This document shows positions 37,401-47,750 of a DNA stretch of 64,000 nt, piece after piece. A model generated the notes under the pieces. That model searched no databases. It was given only the letters and a program-made list of their open reading frames with translations, and was not told where the DNA came from. The stretch is from Callorhinchus milii (taxonomy: Eukaryota): positions 5,334,001 through 5,398,000 of the forward strand of contig NW_024704743.1 of NCBI RefSeq assembly GCF_018977255.1. Direction: 5' to 3'. Made by a program: the position numbers and the translations under genes. Numbering within the stretch: the first letter of the stretch is position 1; each line of letters begins with the position of its first letter.

Positions 37401-40400
37401 CAGCAGTATCCCATAAACAGTCATCGATTGAGTGACCAAATTATTTTAATCTATTTTGAAGGAATTATTACCTCCGGAAAAGCAATCGACTAACAACCGG
37501 GTTCCTACTTACTGCTAAGTAAACAGAGGTGTGTGGAGTAAGGAAACTTGCCCAACGTTTCGCCCTGCCGGGGAATCAAACCCATGTTCTCTTGCTTGCG
37601 AGACGAGTGCTCTAACTGCTGAGCTACAGGACTCCTTGCTTGGCTTCTGACTTTGTCGCGGTGCGCAAACTAGTTGCTGCATTCACTTACCAAATACACA
37701 GTCAGTATGCTACTGTAATTCCTATGCAGCACTTTGAGATATCTCAGACACAGCGTGGTTGCGTGATGAGGGGCTAAATCAAATACTAGGATTATTATAA
37801 GGAACCCAGGAAATGAAATTTGAAGTCAACTCGTGATTTGTAAATTTCAGCTGATTTGGATTTAATTGTTTGGTGATTTTTTTCAACAGGAAAGATGCCA
37901 GACCGGGTAAAATCATTCGCTGTGGCAGTTTTGGATGCTGTTTATCAATTCACAGAAACAAAGCACACATCACTTACACAAGTAACAGTGAGTGATTGCT
38001 CACCTGAATATGTGAAAGTATTTGAAGAGCTGAAGAAAATCAAAGTAGAAAAGAGTGGCTTGGCGTCCGCAATGTCAAGTATGTTAATTCTTAAGATATA
38101 AACAGTGAAGGGAAGGATATTTGTACAATAACAATTTGCATTTATATAGTGCCCTTCATGAGGGGTAGCGTCCCAGAGAGCTTGAGAGTGGCAGAGTCTG
38201 ACACCGGGTGGGGAGGGAGGTGGCAAGACGGAGGGATTGAGAGAGAGTTTCAATAATGTGATAAGACAAGGTCAAATGCAAGGATTATTATTATTATCAA
38301 CTGGATTTGGCTGTGAATCCACTGGAGTCCAAGTTATAAAATGCCAACTGAGGAAGCTGTTGTCAAGTAAAATAGGATTAATTAACTATTTGCCATAGCT
38401 GATGTATGCTAAAAAAAGTTATGAGGTTTTGCATTAAATCACATTGATTCTTGGAATTAGTTTATTGGTTTATTCGGTTATATTGGATTTGAATGTTAAG
38501 TTCTTTCTTTGCTTCGCAGAATTGTATTCTTGGGTGAGTGGAAGCCAAGTGCCTGATGATAACCCTGAGGTGGACGAGTACGCATTCAAGCCAGTGGTCT
38601 TTCAATTCTACTTCACAAATAATGGAAATATTGACCAAGCTTGGGATGATATTCAGAAGTTAGTGAATAAAGAACAACTGGAAAAAAAAATACCGCTCAG
38701 TGTATCCCATGAAAAATTTACTGTTGATGATATTGAAGAAATAATGGAGTCTTGCAGAGTTATGCATGTATCAGTCACCATCCACAAAACACACATATAT
38801 TTGTCTGGATGTATAACTGATGTATGCTCTGCTCAGGATACTATTTTTAACGTGTGCCAAAAGATAGGAAAAAGAGAAATTATGTTACGTGAAGAAATGT
38901 TTCTCATGGAAAAAGTGTGTTGGAAATTCAAGATGGAAAATCATTGGGACAAGTTCAATCCAACTATGAATGCCCATATTGAAAAGGCTTTCAATAAAAG
39001 AGAAAATGAAGTAAAAGTAGAGACAGAAGAAGGATGCTTTTTTGTGTTTGACTTCAAAAACAACATGTGCACAGATGACGAGGGAGTCTCTGTTCGCATA
39101 TGTCGAGCATGTCCTGCAGGTAAGGAACTGACATTTATTCATTCTCTGAGTTTCTTGAGTTTTGCCTTTTTAATCCTAGTGAGAAATGCTTAACCTGCTG
39201 GAGTTCCACCCATAAGCGTATGCTGACAAGAGCAATGTGGTATCATGACCTTAACAGACATTTCGTCTAACTATTTTCGGTCACGACAACGTGCAGTAAT
39301 CCTGCGAAACGCTTTGGGATGTCCTCCCAACGGGAAAGGCGCAACACCAAATTTAAGGATTATATATAACAGTCCATCTTCATTTCAGATGACATCCTTC
39401 CAGACAACTGGGAGGATGTAGAAGACCAAACCAAATTCTCTGAAGTACTTCTGAAACCTGACTCCTCAGAATATAAAGAAGTAGCTGATGCTTTTTCGCA
39501 AACCTTAGGAGATCAAGCAAATCTGCCAACATTCAAAATTGACAGTGTAAGTCTAAATCTTTTCTGAACATACAGGCATAACGGAAATGTTGAATGTTAC
39601 TGATATTACAGTTGCATAAAGATAAATTATGATGGCTATCTTATTAAGTGGAAATATCCAGGGCGGAAATCGATGAATGAAGAAAGGTTTATTGAATGGG
39701 AATATTCCAAATCTTGAGCTGAGGTAATGGTATATGTCACCATCTGTCCCATCTCCTCTCCTATCACAGGACCCTTCTTGTTATAATCACAAATACCCTA
39801 CCTTCCCCTGCTATTTCTCCTGTGCTCCTGTTGTCAATCCTGTTGATCCACAGCTGTCCTCCCTACCCCACAGCCGATCCCTGACCAGGACCATTTTCCT
39901 GTCAAGCACTTTGGGAAGCTACCATACATGAGAGGCACTATGTAATTGCAAGTTGTTGTTGTTGTTGTTGTACGCATCGACTTCAAACATTTCCTTCTCC
40001 AACAAGACTCTCCATCCATGAACTCATCTTGGATAAGTACATCCTTGATCTCACTGAGATTCAGCTGACCCCTCTCCCTCATCAAGGCCACTCTCAAGAC
40101 TCCCTCATCAAGACTGATAACATCTTGCTTCTGGCTCCAACTTCTACAATTTCTTGGCCTCTCTCTCTCTCTCCAACTCACTGAATGTGCAATCTTGGCA
40201 TTCAGTTTGACTCAGCTCATTTCCTCCCTCACATCCATTTTATAATCCTGACCACTTTTCTGCTTTTTGCCGCATCACCCACCTCAGTCTTATCTGCCAC
40301 ATTTTTTACCTCAAAGGGTCGCCCAATACCCAAGGTGAAAAATGTTGTCTTTTAAAGCAGTGAGTTCTGGAGATTGGGAGCATAGTGGCTGAAAGCACAT

Positions 40401-42021
40401 GCGCCAGTGGTGGAGCGGAAGGTTTGAGGGATGTGCAGAAGGCCCGAGCCAGCTGAGGGATTGGGCGGGTAGAGAAATGGGTTGCGAGCAGGTTGGAGAG
40501 GTAGGGTTAGAGCTAACTGTGAGTAAAACTAAAACGTCAACTGTAAAAAGTGATAACTTGAGATAAGTGAAAAGACTAAAAAAATGGTTTCAGAATAACC
40601 TGATTTTTGTTTTCTGAAATGTGTATCAGGAGTCTATCAATTAGATTAAGATAGTTTTGTGTAGAATAGACCAGTAGAGACTGCAACCAAGCATCAACTT
40701 TTCAGTTCAGGGTTTACTACACTTGCAGTTTCTATATTTGATGATCTATTTTTAGTTGGATATTCAGATATGAAAATAATCAATGTTTGTGAATGACAAC
40801 AGATCAAACGGATCCAGAATCCCACTCTTTGGCGTCTGTATGTTGCAAAAAGAAACGAAATGAACAGACTTGCACCACTAACTCAGAATGAAAAAATCCT
40901 GTACCATGGAACATGCTCAGATGTGTGCGCTAAAATCAATGCAGATGGTTTCAATAGAAGCTACTCTGGAGCAAATGGTAAGTACAACATACGCCGACAT
41001 TCAATAGCTGTGATTATGACTATCCTCCTTGGTGGGGGGGGGGGGGGGGGGGGGTGGGGTGGGGGAAGCTTGGTCTCCTTTGAGCTAAACCGACTCCAAG
41101 GTGACATGTTTGACGATGGAATGTCAGAATCAAAACTGCCCTCTGTGGCTCAGTGTTCCACTTTCTTCAACCGTGTCTTCAGCTCCCCTCTCGACTCTCT
41201 ACCCCCTCCTCGCTCCCTCCCCTCACCCTGACCATTTCCCCTCTGCTCGGGTCCCGACCCAATGGTCCAGCGCCTAGGGATGTCCTCCCGATGTGAAAGG
41301 CGCTCTATAAATGCAATCTTGTTGTTGTTGTTGTGACTAAGCCATTATGTGACCACGTTATAGAGAATGATCCCATTTAGAATGCTCTGGATAACCTAAA
41401 GGAATTTAATGTGGAGATGTATTTGGCAATTTGTACTGGTGCTCAATAGATATCCATTGGCATTTCATCAAGAATATCAATTATTTAATCTGTGAAGTGA
41501 CAATAGCCTTGTTTCTTGTACATAGCACAATGGACAGGCAGTATCCTATGTTTTAGTGCTTAGCTTGCAGGAAGTGGGATCAGGAACGCCCAACAGACCC
41601 AAAAGTGGGGCATTTTTAATGCAGATCTTCGGTACACCAGTTGCCATTTGTAAGTCCATATATGACTGAACTCTATGCATGCAGTAAATTCCTGGCAACT
41701 GAGTATCAACCATTTTTTCCCTTTTCAGCTGTTTTTTATGGAGATGGAACATATTTTGCAATAAATGCAAGATATTCTGCAAGCGACCAGTATTCGAAGC
41801 CTGATGCAAAAGGATTCAAACTCATCTACAGAGCGAGAGTTTTAACTGGAGAGTATGGTCAGGGGCAGAAAGGCCTGAAGGAGCCTCCGCTCAAAAATCA
41901 ACAAGGAGGCCCAGACCGCTATGACAGTGTCACAGATCAATTACAATCTCCCAGTATGTTTGTTGTGTTTCAGGACAATCAAGCCTATCCAGAGTATCTC
42001 ATTCAGTTTCTTACTAAATAA
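19291..42021 (+). CDS. parp14: PARP14-like mono-ADP-ribosyltransferase, whole gene model, 16 coding exons, 1676 aa
   Basis: join(19291..19471,23991..24115,25709..25739,27969..28172,31294..31521,31727..33693,34379..34624,34992..35213,35474..35585,36715..36843,36930..37100,37890..38078,38520..39119,39389..39546,40803..40977,41729..42021). All splice phases compatible, 5031 nt. Motifs: [13 protein letters not shown] (PARP14 N-terminus), macrodomain [23 protein letters not shown]...GFNRSY...YGDGTYFA...QAYPEYLI. Ortholog versus paralog is not established. Confidence 0.9.
19538..19890 (-). mobile_element. L2 3' fragment in PARP14-like intron 1
   Basis: Reverse complement of tail CAGCGCCTTGGGACATCCTCCCGATGTGAAAG. 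Confidence 0.8.
20066..20097. promoter_or_regulatory. Intron-1 NF-kB plus IRF element
   Basis: GGAAATCCCC 20066-20075 (reverse complement GGGGATTTCC, kB consensus) followed by GAAACTGAAAG 20087-20097. Confidence 0.6.
22165..22486 (-). mobile_element. tRNA-derived SINE, full length
   Basis: Head GGAGTCCTATAACTCAATGGTTAGAGCA, B box GGTTCGATTCC, (TTA)n tail. Confidence 0.88.
22594..22919 (-). mobile_element. tRNA(Ala)-like SINE, type B, full length and young
   Basis: GGAGTCCTGTAGCTCAGTGGTTAGAGCACTCGCTTTGCAAGCGAG; near-identical to copies at 24584 and 58894. Confidence 0.92.
23455..23560. repeat. Imperfect 106-nt palindrome
   Basis: CTGACTGGCTTCCCA / TGGGAAGCCAGTCAG (15 bp perfect) enclosing GACTTTGGGGTCAT / ATGACCCTCAAGTC. 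Confidence 0.8.
23991..24115 (+). CDS. parp14: PARP14-like exon 2
   Basis: [29 protein letters not shown]...LTSP |GTAAGT; resembles PARP14 RQKVLERKNH...KLTV; phase 1 to 0. Confidence 0.85.
24385..25190 (-). mobile_element. Decayed hAT transposon remnant, interrupted by a SINE
   Basis: Minus-strand [32 protein letters not shown] (hAT C-terminal dimerisation motif), continuing IMSTEHKL...FDRGVDMFA beyond the SINE; terminus-like CAAGGCCAGATTAAG at 24385. Confidence 0.75.
24584..24855 (+). mobile_element. SINE type B, 5'-truncated, with 12-bp TSD
   Basis: TTTGATCTATTC at 24572-24583 and 24856-24867. Confidence 0.92.
25200..25465 (-). mobile_element. SINE type A, partial
   Basis: Reverse complement of Deu-type 3' part and GGAACCCGGTTG body. 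Confidence 0.85.
25709..25739 (+). CDS. parp14: PARP14-like exon 3 (31-nt mini-exon)
   Basis: [24 protein letters not shown]; needed to convert phase 0 to phase 1. Confidence 0.7.
25850..26555 (+). mobile_element. CR1 LINE ORF2 C-terminus and 3' end
   Basis: [33 protein letters not shown]...GDLIEVFK; tail GGGCCGAATGGCCTGTTT...ATTCTAATGTATTCTA. Confidence 0.9.
27969..28172 (+). CDS. parp14: PARP14-like exon 4 (RRM-like)
   Basis: CAATAG| VPLSNVQ...SSRVCIKVD...FFIECCIG...[17 protein letters not shown]; phase 1 to 1; an in-frame alternative acceptor exists at 27942. Confidence 0.75.
28697..29836 (-). mobile_element. Non-autonomous Helitron with both termini, carrying an L2 insertion and internal tandem repeats
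   Basis: Minus strand: A|TCTATATTGATAAAGACCAAATGTCTGTC... and ...GTTGCA-8nt-TGCAAC AGGTACAG CTAA|T; no TSD. Confidence 0.75.
29494..29646 (+). repeat. 15-bp minisatellite (GGGAGGACTCCTGTT)n inside the Helitron
   Basis: About 10 degenerate copies. Confidence 0.8.
30456..30812 (-). mobile_element. SINE type A, full length
   Basis: tRNA head, CTGTTCACCTAGCAGTAAATAGGAACCCGGTTG body, Deu-type 3' part. Confidence 0.88.
31294..31521 (+). CDS. parp14: PARP14-like exon 5 (RRM-like)
   Basis: CCTTTAG| DLNKAVQ...[20 protein letters not shown]...[18 protein letters not shown]; phase 1 to 1. Confidence 0.88.
31541..31650 (+). ncRNA. Minimal type I hammerhead ribozyme motif in a Penelope-type terminal-repeat fragment (PARP14-like intron 5)
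   Basis: CTGACGA 31548-31554, extra A, stem II GGGT/ACCT, GAAACGTT 31569-31576, followed by GATGCTGCCTGACCTGCTGAG...CCAGC. Confidence 0.65.
31727..33693 (+). CDS. parp14: PARP14-like exon 6 (1967 nt; KH-like region, macrodomain 1, start of macrodomain 2)
   Basis: ATACAG| open frame matching ORF 31759..33774; macro-like [19 protein letters not shown]; ends [14 protein letters not shown], phase 0. Confidence 0.92.
34379..34624 (+). CDS. parp14: PARP14-like exon 7 (macrodomain 2)
   Basis: [39 protein letters not shown]...[14 protein letters not shown]...PEN |GTAAGT. Confidence 0.9.
34992..35213 (+). CDS. parp14: PARP14-like exon 8 (macrodomain 2)
   Basis: [18 protein letters not shown]...[20 protein letters not shown]...ECYQ |GTATGC. 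Confidence 0.92.
35474..35585 (+). CDS. parp14: PARP14-like exon 9
   Basis: [18 protein letters not shown]...PTGTTK G|GTACAA; phase 0 to 1. Confidence 0.75.
36110..36570 (-). mobile_element. L2 3' fragment
   Basis: [19 protein letters not shown]...[18 protein letters not shown]. Confidence 0.85.
36715..36843 (+). CDS. parp14: PARP14-like exon 10 (degenerate macrodomain 3, start)
   Basis: [32 protein letters not shown]...SDSK G|GTGAGG; phase 1 to 1. Confidence 0.75.
36930..37100 (+). CDS. parp14: PARP14-like exon 11 (GC donor)
   Basis: TTACAG| VKGTDD...[31 protein letters not shown]; only the GC donor keeps frame with exon 12. Confidence 0.75.
37269..37635 (-). mobile_element. SINE type A, full length
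   Basis: Head GGAGTCCTGTAGCTCAGCAGTTAGAGCA, body, tail. Confidence 0.88.
37890..38078 (+). CDS. parp14: PARP14-like exon 12
   Basis: [27 protein letters not shown]...SLTQVTV...SAMS A|GTATGT; resembles macro-3 tail VAEAIIDAIEDF. Confidence 0.8.
38520..39119 (+). CDS. parp14: PARP14-like exon 13 (KH-like plus WWE)
   Basis: TCGCAG| ...[26 protein letters not shown]...FVFDFKNNM...[15 protein letters not shown]. Confidence 0.9.
39389..39546 (+). CDS. parp14: PARP14-like exon 14 (ART domain start)
   Basis: [17 protein letters not shown]...[18 protein letters not shown]...FKIDS |GTAAGT. Confidence 0.9.
40803..40977 (+). CDS. parp14: PARP14-like exon 15 (ART domain)
   Basis: [19 protein letters not shown]...NEKILYHGT...[17 protein letters not shown]. 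Confidence 0.93.
41729..42021 (+). CDS. parp14: PARP14-like exon 16 (ART domain end, stop)
   Basis: [25 protein letters not shown]...YSKPD...RVLTGEY...YDSVTD...[26 protein letters not shown]. Confidence 0.94.
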
Positions 42022-42577
42022 GTGAGATTACAGAATTGCTGAAGATATAGCTGCACTGGAACAAACAGGCTAACATAATAGTGTCCCTGAAAGAAAAAAC
42101 TTTGTGTGTTATAGTTTATTAAAAATATAAATTACAATATTGAAAAGAAAGCACATGGATAGTGTACCCTTTGTATCTCTCCAAGGGCTTTCGTCAAATT
42201 GGTTGTAATGTGCTTAACTATATTTCAGATTATGGTTAGCATTAAGAGATGTGCAGTTTTAATGTTTTGCAAGTCATGCGGTGCCTCTTCTGATTTGAAA
42301 ACAGAAGATGTGGTGAAATCATATTGTTCAAAGTTTATTAGCTAACAATTGCACAAATTACCCCAAGGCTACTTTAAGAATGTATTTGGATTTATTTGTT
42401 GCTTTTTATAGATGTTGCTCGTGACAATTTATTGCAGTTTTCTTACCAATGGCACAGCTCAGTTCTCCAGTTTAGATTGCTTTTGCATAAGATTTTCCCC
42501 ACAAATTAGAGTAATCTTGTAATCTCACTGCACGTCAAATTAAAGCAACCAACTGATGTAACACAATTTGCTTCCTA

Positions 42578-42591
42578 AATAAAATATTAAA
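42578..42591 (+). terminator. Polyadenylation signal of PARP14-like gene
   Basis: AATAAA 42578-42583 then ATTAAA, followed by GT/T-rich sequence, about 560 nt after the stop. Confidence 0.55.
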
Positions 42592-43896
42592 CTACTTACG
42601 TGGTATTTTCCCATTTCTGTATATCTAACATAGCGGCAGCAACAATTTTTGCCTCTCCATATGATGGAACCACATGGAATACCGCATTGTCACAGGTGCC
42701 GTCCTTCGAATGACATATTAAACTGAAGGTTCATCTGCAGATTTAGGTGAACATTAAAGATGCCATGTCATGACTCAAAGAGAAGGGATTTTCTCCCAGT
42801 GGCCAACAATCCTCCAGATAAAACTGTTCATTGCTGGTTGTGGGAGACTGCTGTGCGCAAATTGCCACCTTCACCCGATAACACATTTGCTATACTTTAC
42901 AATAAAATCTTGTGAAGCATTTCAAGATGTTTGGCAACATGATAATGAGCTATATGCAAAGGTTTTTACATTGAACAGGTGTAATTTTGTGATCCTCATG
43001 TGTTGCCCTCACTGCCAATAGTTCCCAGCGACAGATCACAAGATTAGCCCCAGTGAAGAAGACCCCTTGGGCCATCTGATCTCATCCCTCCAGAATACCC
43101 AGCTAACCGTTCCCTACCACCCACTGCCCGCCCCCCCCCCCACCCCTAACCCCACCCCCCCACCCCCAACAACTCACACAAAAATATCCAATATATGGTG
43201 CTGGTTCAGTTCCGAAATGACTGAGGAAGAAAGACTCATCAGAAGTCAGGTGGGAGCAGGGGAAAGTGGGTTCAGTCCAAAACCTGTTAAAGAAAGTAAA
43301 TCGTAATTGTCCTAACAAACATGATCACCTCACAAACGGCACATCACTCACAATCTATAAATCTATTATAGAATACTTATATTCTATAAGTATTCAATTA
43401 TTCAAACGCACAAACCAATAGAAGTATAGAACTCTATTGTGTTTTTCATGAAGGGGAATAGCTACTTGAAAATAACTCCAGGTTAGAGTTTCAAATGTGT
43501 GCCTTGGAAATTTCCTCACGCCTGGTATAGAGTATGGAATGGAATATGTACGTTCTCGAGAGCTGTGTTCTGCTTACCTGATTCCAGAAAGTATCAGACA
43601 CAGGTTGGCAAGAGGCAAGGCTTGGGGACCCCAGCTGTTATTAGATTAAATGCGCAATTGGCTGCCGCGTTTAGCCCACAAAATACAGTCACTACACTTT
43701 ACAGTATATTCTGTGAAGCTCTTTGAGACATCTTGAAGACGTGATAAGGCGCTATATCAAATGCAAGAATTATTGTATTATTATTTTAAATGTTGGGCTT
43801 GACTTGTAATGTTCAAGGTAGCCAAGTGGGAAGAATCCCTGCTCCCAGGGTCTGCCTCTCCAAGTCCTTCCGATGAGCCAGGCTGGCTGGACTGTT

Positions 43897-44460
43897 AACA
43901 ACAACTTGTATTTATATAATGCCCATCATGCGGGGCAGCATCTCGGAGCGCTTAACAGTGACGGAGCCTGACGCCAACCCGGGAGGGAAGGAGGAGGGGA
44001 GCAAAAACACAGTTGAAGAGGAAGATCTTCAGTCTTGAGCTAAAAGTGATGGCAAAACTGAGAGATTGGGGAAAGTTCCAAAGCATTGTGGCTTGTGGCT
44101 GAAAGCTTGGCCGCCGATGATAAGAGCGGAAAGGTTGAGGTTCAAGGAGGAGGTCAGAGACAGCCGAGGTAGTGGAATTGGGAGAAATCAGGTCAGAAAG
44201 GTAGGGAGTGGCCAGGACGTGAAGGGATTTCTAGATATGTGACAGGTTCTTGAAATTGATCCATTCTGTGATAGGTAGTCAGTGGAGTCTGGCGAGGACT
44301 GGTGTTATGGGGGTATGGAGTTTAGTGTGGGTGAGTATACAGGCGGTGGAGTTCTACCAATTGTAGTTTGTGGACCATGGAGCTGGGGAGACCGTCGAGG
44401 TAGGCATTCGAATCGTCGAGGCAGAAGGTAACAAATTTGGCTGCGTTGGTGGTGAGGTAT
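43897..44460 (-). mobile_element. L2 3' fragment inserted into an unclassified older repeat
   Basis: (CAA)n tail at 43897; TSD-like TGTTAACA 43893-43900 / TGTCAACA 44461-44468. Confidence 0.75.
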
Positions 44461-44769
44461 TGTCAACAGTGTCCTGGAGTACTGCAGCCCTGCCTGGCTC
44501 AGGAACCAAACACTTCATTCTGCAAACTACTGAGAACCCAATTCTGACAGGCATATCAACTTGAATTCCACTTGAAGCCATTTCAGTCCAAGGAGATCCC
44601 GTCCACCATTAGAGGATGACTACAATCAGGTGGCGGCATTAAGTAAAATACAAACTACATTTCAAACCATTTAGTACTGTAATTACAAAAGAAAAACAAA
44701 TATATTTTTAAATATTTTAATGACTGTACATGATCTTTTGCATATACAGCTGATATACAGGACAGAATA

Positions 44770-47704
44770 TCAAGCACTGGAAGCTGCTTTATTCAGCAGA
44801 AACGAAAAATTACATTACATTTAAAGACACCAGGGCTAGAAAATTTGAAGATTTCCAAACAATGATAAAAGAACTTTGGTTTATTTTTTCTTCCTCGTCA
44901 TAATTCCTCTGCTCTTCTGACACTATTTGAAAGCAGTTTCACGACGTAAGCAATCATCTCATGCAAGCCAATGCACACACAGCCCAAAATTGTCCCATTG
45001 CACACCCCGGGCAACTTGTAGAGTGACAGACAGATTGGTTTAAAGCGTAGCAAACCATGTTTTCAGTTGTCCTATTGGTAGCTGATCCATCTATTTGTAC
45101 AAAAAAAATTGCATCCCGTTTTGGCAATCCCAACACATCAAATGTTTGGGTTGTGCAAATATACAGACAAGAGATTGCCACCATCATGAGGGGTAAAAAC
45201 ACAGAAGTACCTACCATACTGCTGAACTCCAGGTGTAACCTGGAATCTTAGTCTTGTAACAAGATGGACAACAAATATATTTCATTCTGCAGCATCGACA
45301 GTTCTCCAAAAACAAGTGACATAAATACAACCATGCTTATAAAATAATTCTGAAGTCTAACTATCCCCAAGTGTTAATATAAATTGGTTTCCATAATATT
45401 TCAATATTTCATATTTAAGGCACAATAATACCTGCGTGAAGCATACCTTGAATAGACTTCACTGACCACCACGTTCAGTGATTTAGTCTAGGGCCAAATG
45501 CAATTATCAACATTACATCAACTAACACAAGTCACTTGATGCACTGGTCAGTGAAATACAAGCAGAGAAATCTTCACTATGATTTAGTATTGACACAGCA
45601 AACAGTTTATCACACAGCAACTTGTGCACTCAAGAAAGTGTAGGATTATGAATCGAGTCTTGATTTTCTGTAGTGGACAACTAGGAATTCTCACAATGTT
45701 CTTTGCTCTTACACACATGTGTGTGTGAGAATGTTAATAAATGCCAAGGGACAATCCTCAGTGTATTATAAAAGTAACCAACAAAAACTATTGCACAATG
45801 ATAGCACAAAGTAGACAACGGGCTTCAAAAAAGGGGCTCCTTTCCATTTTTTTTGTAATAAATGTAGTCCTCACGTGTTTAAAAAAACTGTTGCGACTAT
45901 CGTTTAGGTTAAATATGAAAGTTAACTAGAATTAAATCAGAGTTAAATAAATGATTTACATAGAAAAATTCCACTGATCGGTACTGATATTGGAAGATAT
46001 GAGTTGGGAATGGGATTATCCCTATGTAAGATTTACTCCACTGTAAGTGCACACCGCCAGTTAGTCAAATTTCACCCCAAAAAGTGTGCCAGAACTGCCA
46101 GCAACTAACATTGGGTTCGACCTTTGACGCAATAAGGAGTTATAAACTACCTCTTCTGTACTTCTGTCCAGGGACATTTGAGAGTGATGGATATGTTTCA
46201 TTGATAATTCAGAAATATTGCTGCGCTACTCAACATTTAGAGCTTGCAAATACACATTCCGTTTCAGAAAAATATAATATAAAGTATTTCAAAAGTTAAT
46301 AAGGGTATGAGATTCAGTTAAGAGTTCTGACAATTATACCGCACCGATTAAGAACTGTACTTAGCCAGTATAATTGTCTTCATACCACAGAACATTTTAA
46401 ATGTCCAAAATTAAAAAGGAGGAATTGCCGCTAGTAAGCTTTTAGAGCTGGTTTGAGCTCGCCATCCGATATTTTAGGGCTTCATCCAATTTTCAGGTAC
46501 TTAATACCCACCTAACTCTGCATATCTACATCTAAAACAGAGTCCATTATCTGATACATAGCTGACATTAGAATTCGATGAAGCAGTTTCAAATTATTTG
46601 TACAATAAGCAGTTTTTATTTGGACTGAAAACAGCCAGTGCCACCACACAGGAATCATTAACTTCCTGGAAGTTAGTTTGTGCTCCAGAGAATGGTACGA
46701 AATGGACTCTTTTCTGCAATTTCTCACAAAGCTGGTTCTCAGGGAGAACATCAGAGAGGCACTAAACTGATGCTAATGGCTCCACAGAGGGAAGTAAGGC
46801 TTAGAACAAGGACTCATCACATTGGGAACACCTCCCATTGGGCTCATTTAAGAATAGCATTCTCTATCTTTCCTACGATAAGGAGATCTAAAGGGAAAGA
46901 AATCACGTTAAAAAGCCCACATCTCCATGAACAAAGGGCAAAAAGTAAAATAGTTAACCTACTTTGAACAGTTGTAGAGATCATTCTAAAGAGCCTGGAG
47001 GAAAGGGGGATGTAAATTGTGAATCATCTCCTCACTATTTGCATCTGTTATTTCACTGGGAAACACATCGTGTGACTTGTGTTAAAGATGGCGGGCAGAA
47101 AAGCCGAAAGATTTACACAATAACGCCGCTGTCTAAATGTATAACTATTCACTGCAAGACCACTATAAGAAGCATCAACTGATTTGTCAATGAGACATGC
47201 ACATATCGGTACTTGTATGAATGGAAGATTCCCCCTTCTGCATCCTTCACAAACATCTAATATCACCTACTCAGCATTTAAAAGTTTCATAATCACATTG
47301 ACCATATTTACAGGTAACCTTGATCAACATACCTCTCGAGCTGTAGTTTACAGGCTTATATAGTGAAGACATTTTCCTCGACCAAACAAAAGTACAGCAT
47401 GTACAGACACCACAGGTTATCTAAACAAGTCACACCAGTAATTGTTTTGTTTATATATATGTATATAAAAATGTAAAGTAAAAACTTACTTCACTGATAA
47501 AAGTTTTAAAAATTAAATATGCGTAAAGCAGTGACAAAATAAGTAAAATATGTACTAGTAGGTGAGAGTTTGTGTGTAAAACGAGGTGCATTTCATTGGC
47601 ACATGTGCAAAGCTTTAGATGTGATGCTGGTGCTCCTGGGATGATTGAAAAAAAAGTACTAAAAAGCCTTGGTGACCGATCTGGATACTGGTTTGTTGCT
47701 TTGC
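44770..47704 (-). other. esyt2: Probable esyt2 3' UTR (about 2.9 kb)
   Basis: AT-rich and free of recognisable SINE/LINE copies, unlike the flanking introns; AATAAA on minus strand at 44788-44793. Confidence 0.6.
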
Positions 47705-47750
47705 CTAGGTCTGGGGCTGGTGCCTAGTGCCGTCCTCTGTTAAATCATAC
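47705..47750 (-). CDS. esyt2: esyt2 last coding exon
   Basis: CTGCAG| (W)[17 protein letters not shown]. Confidence 0.94.
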
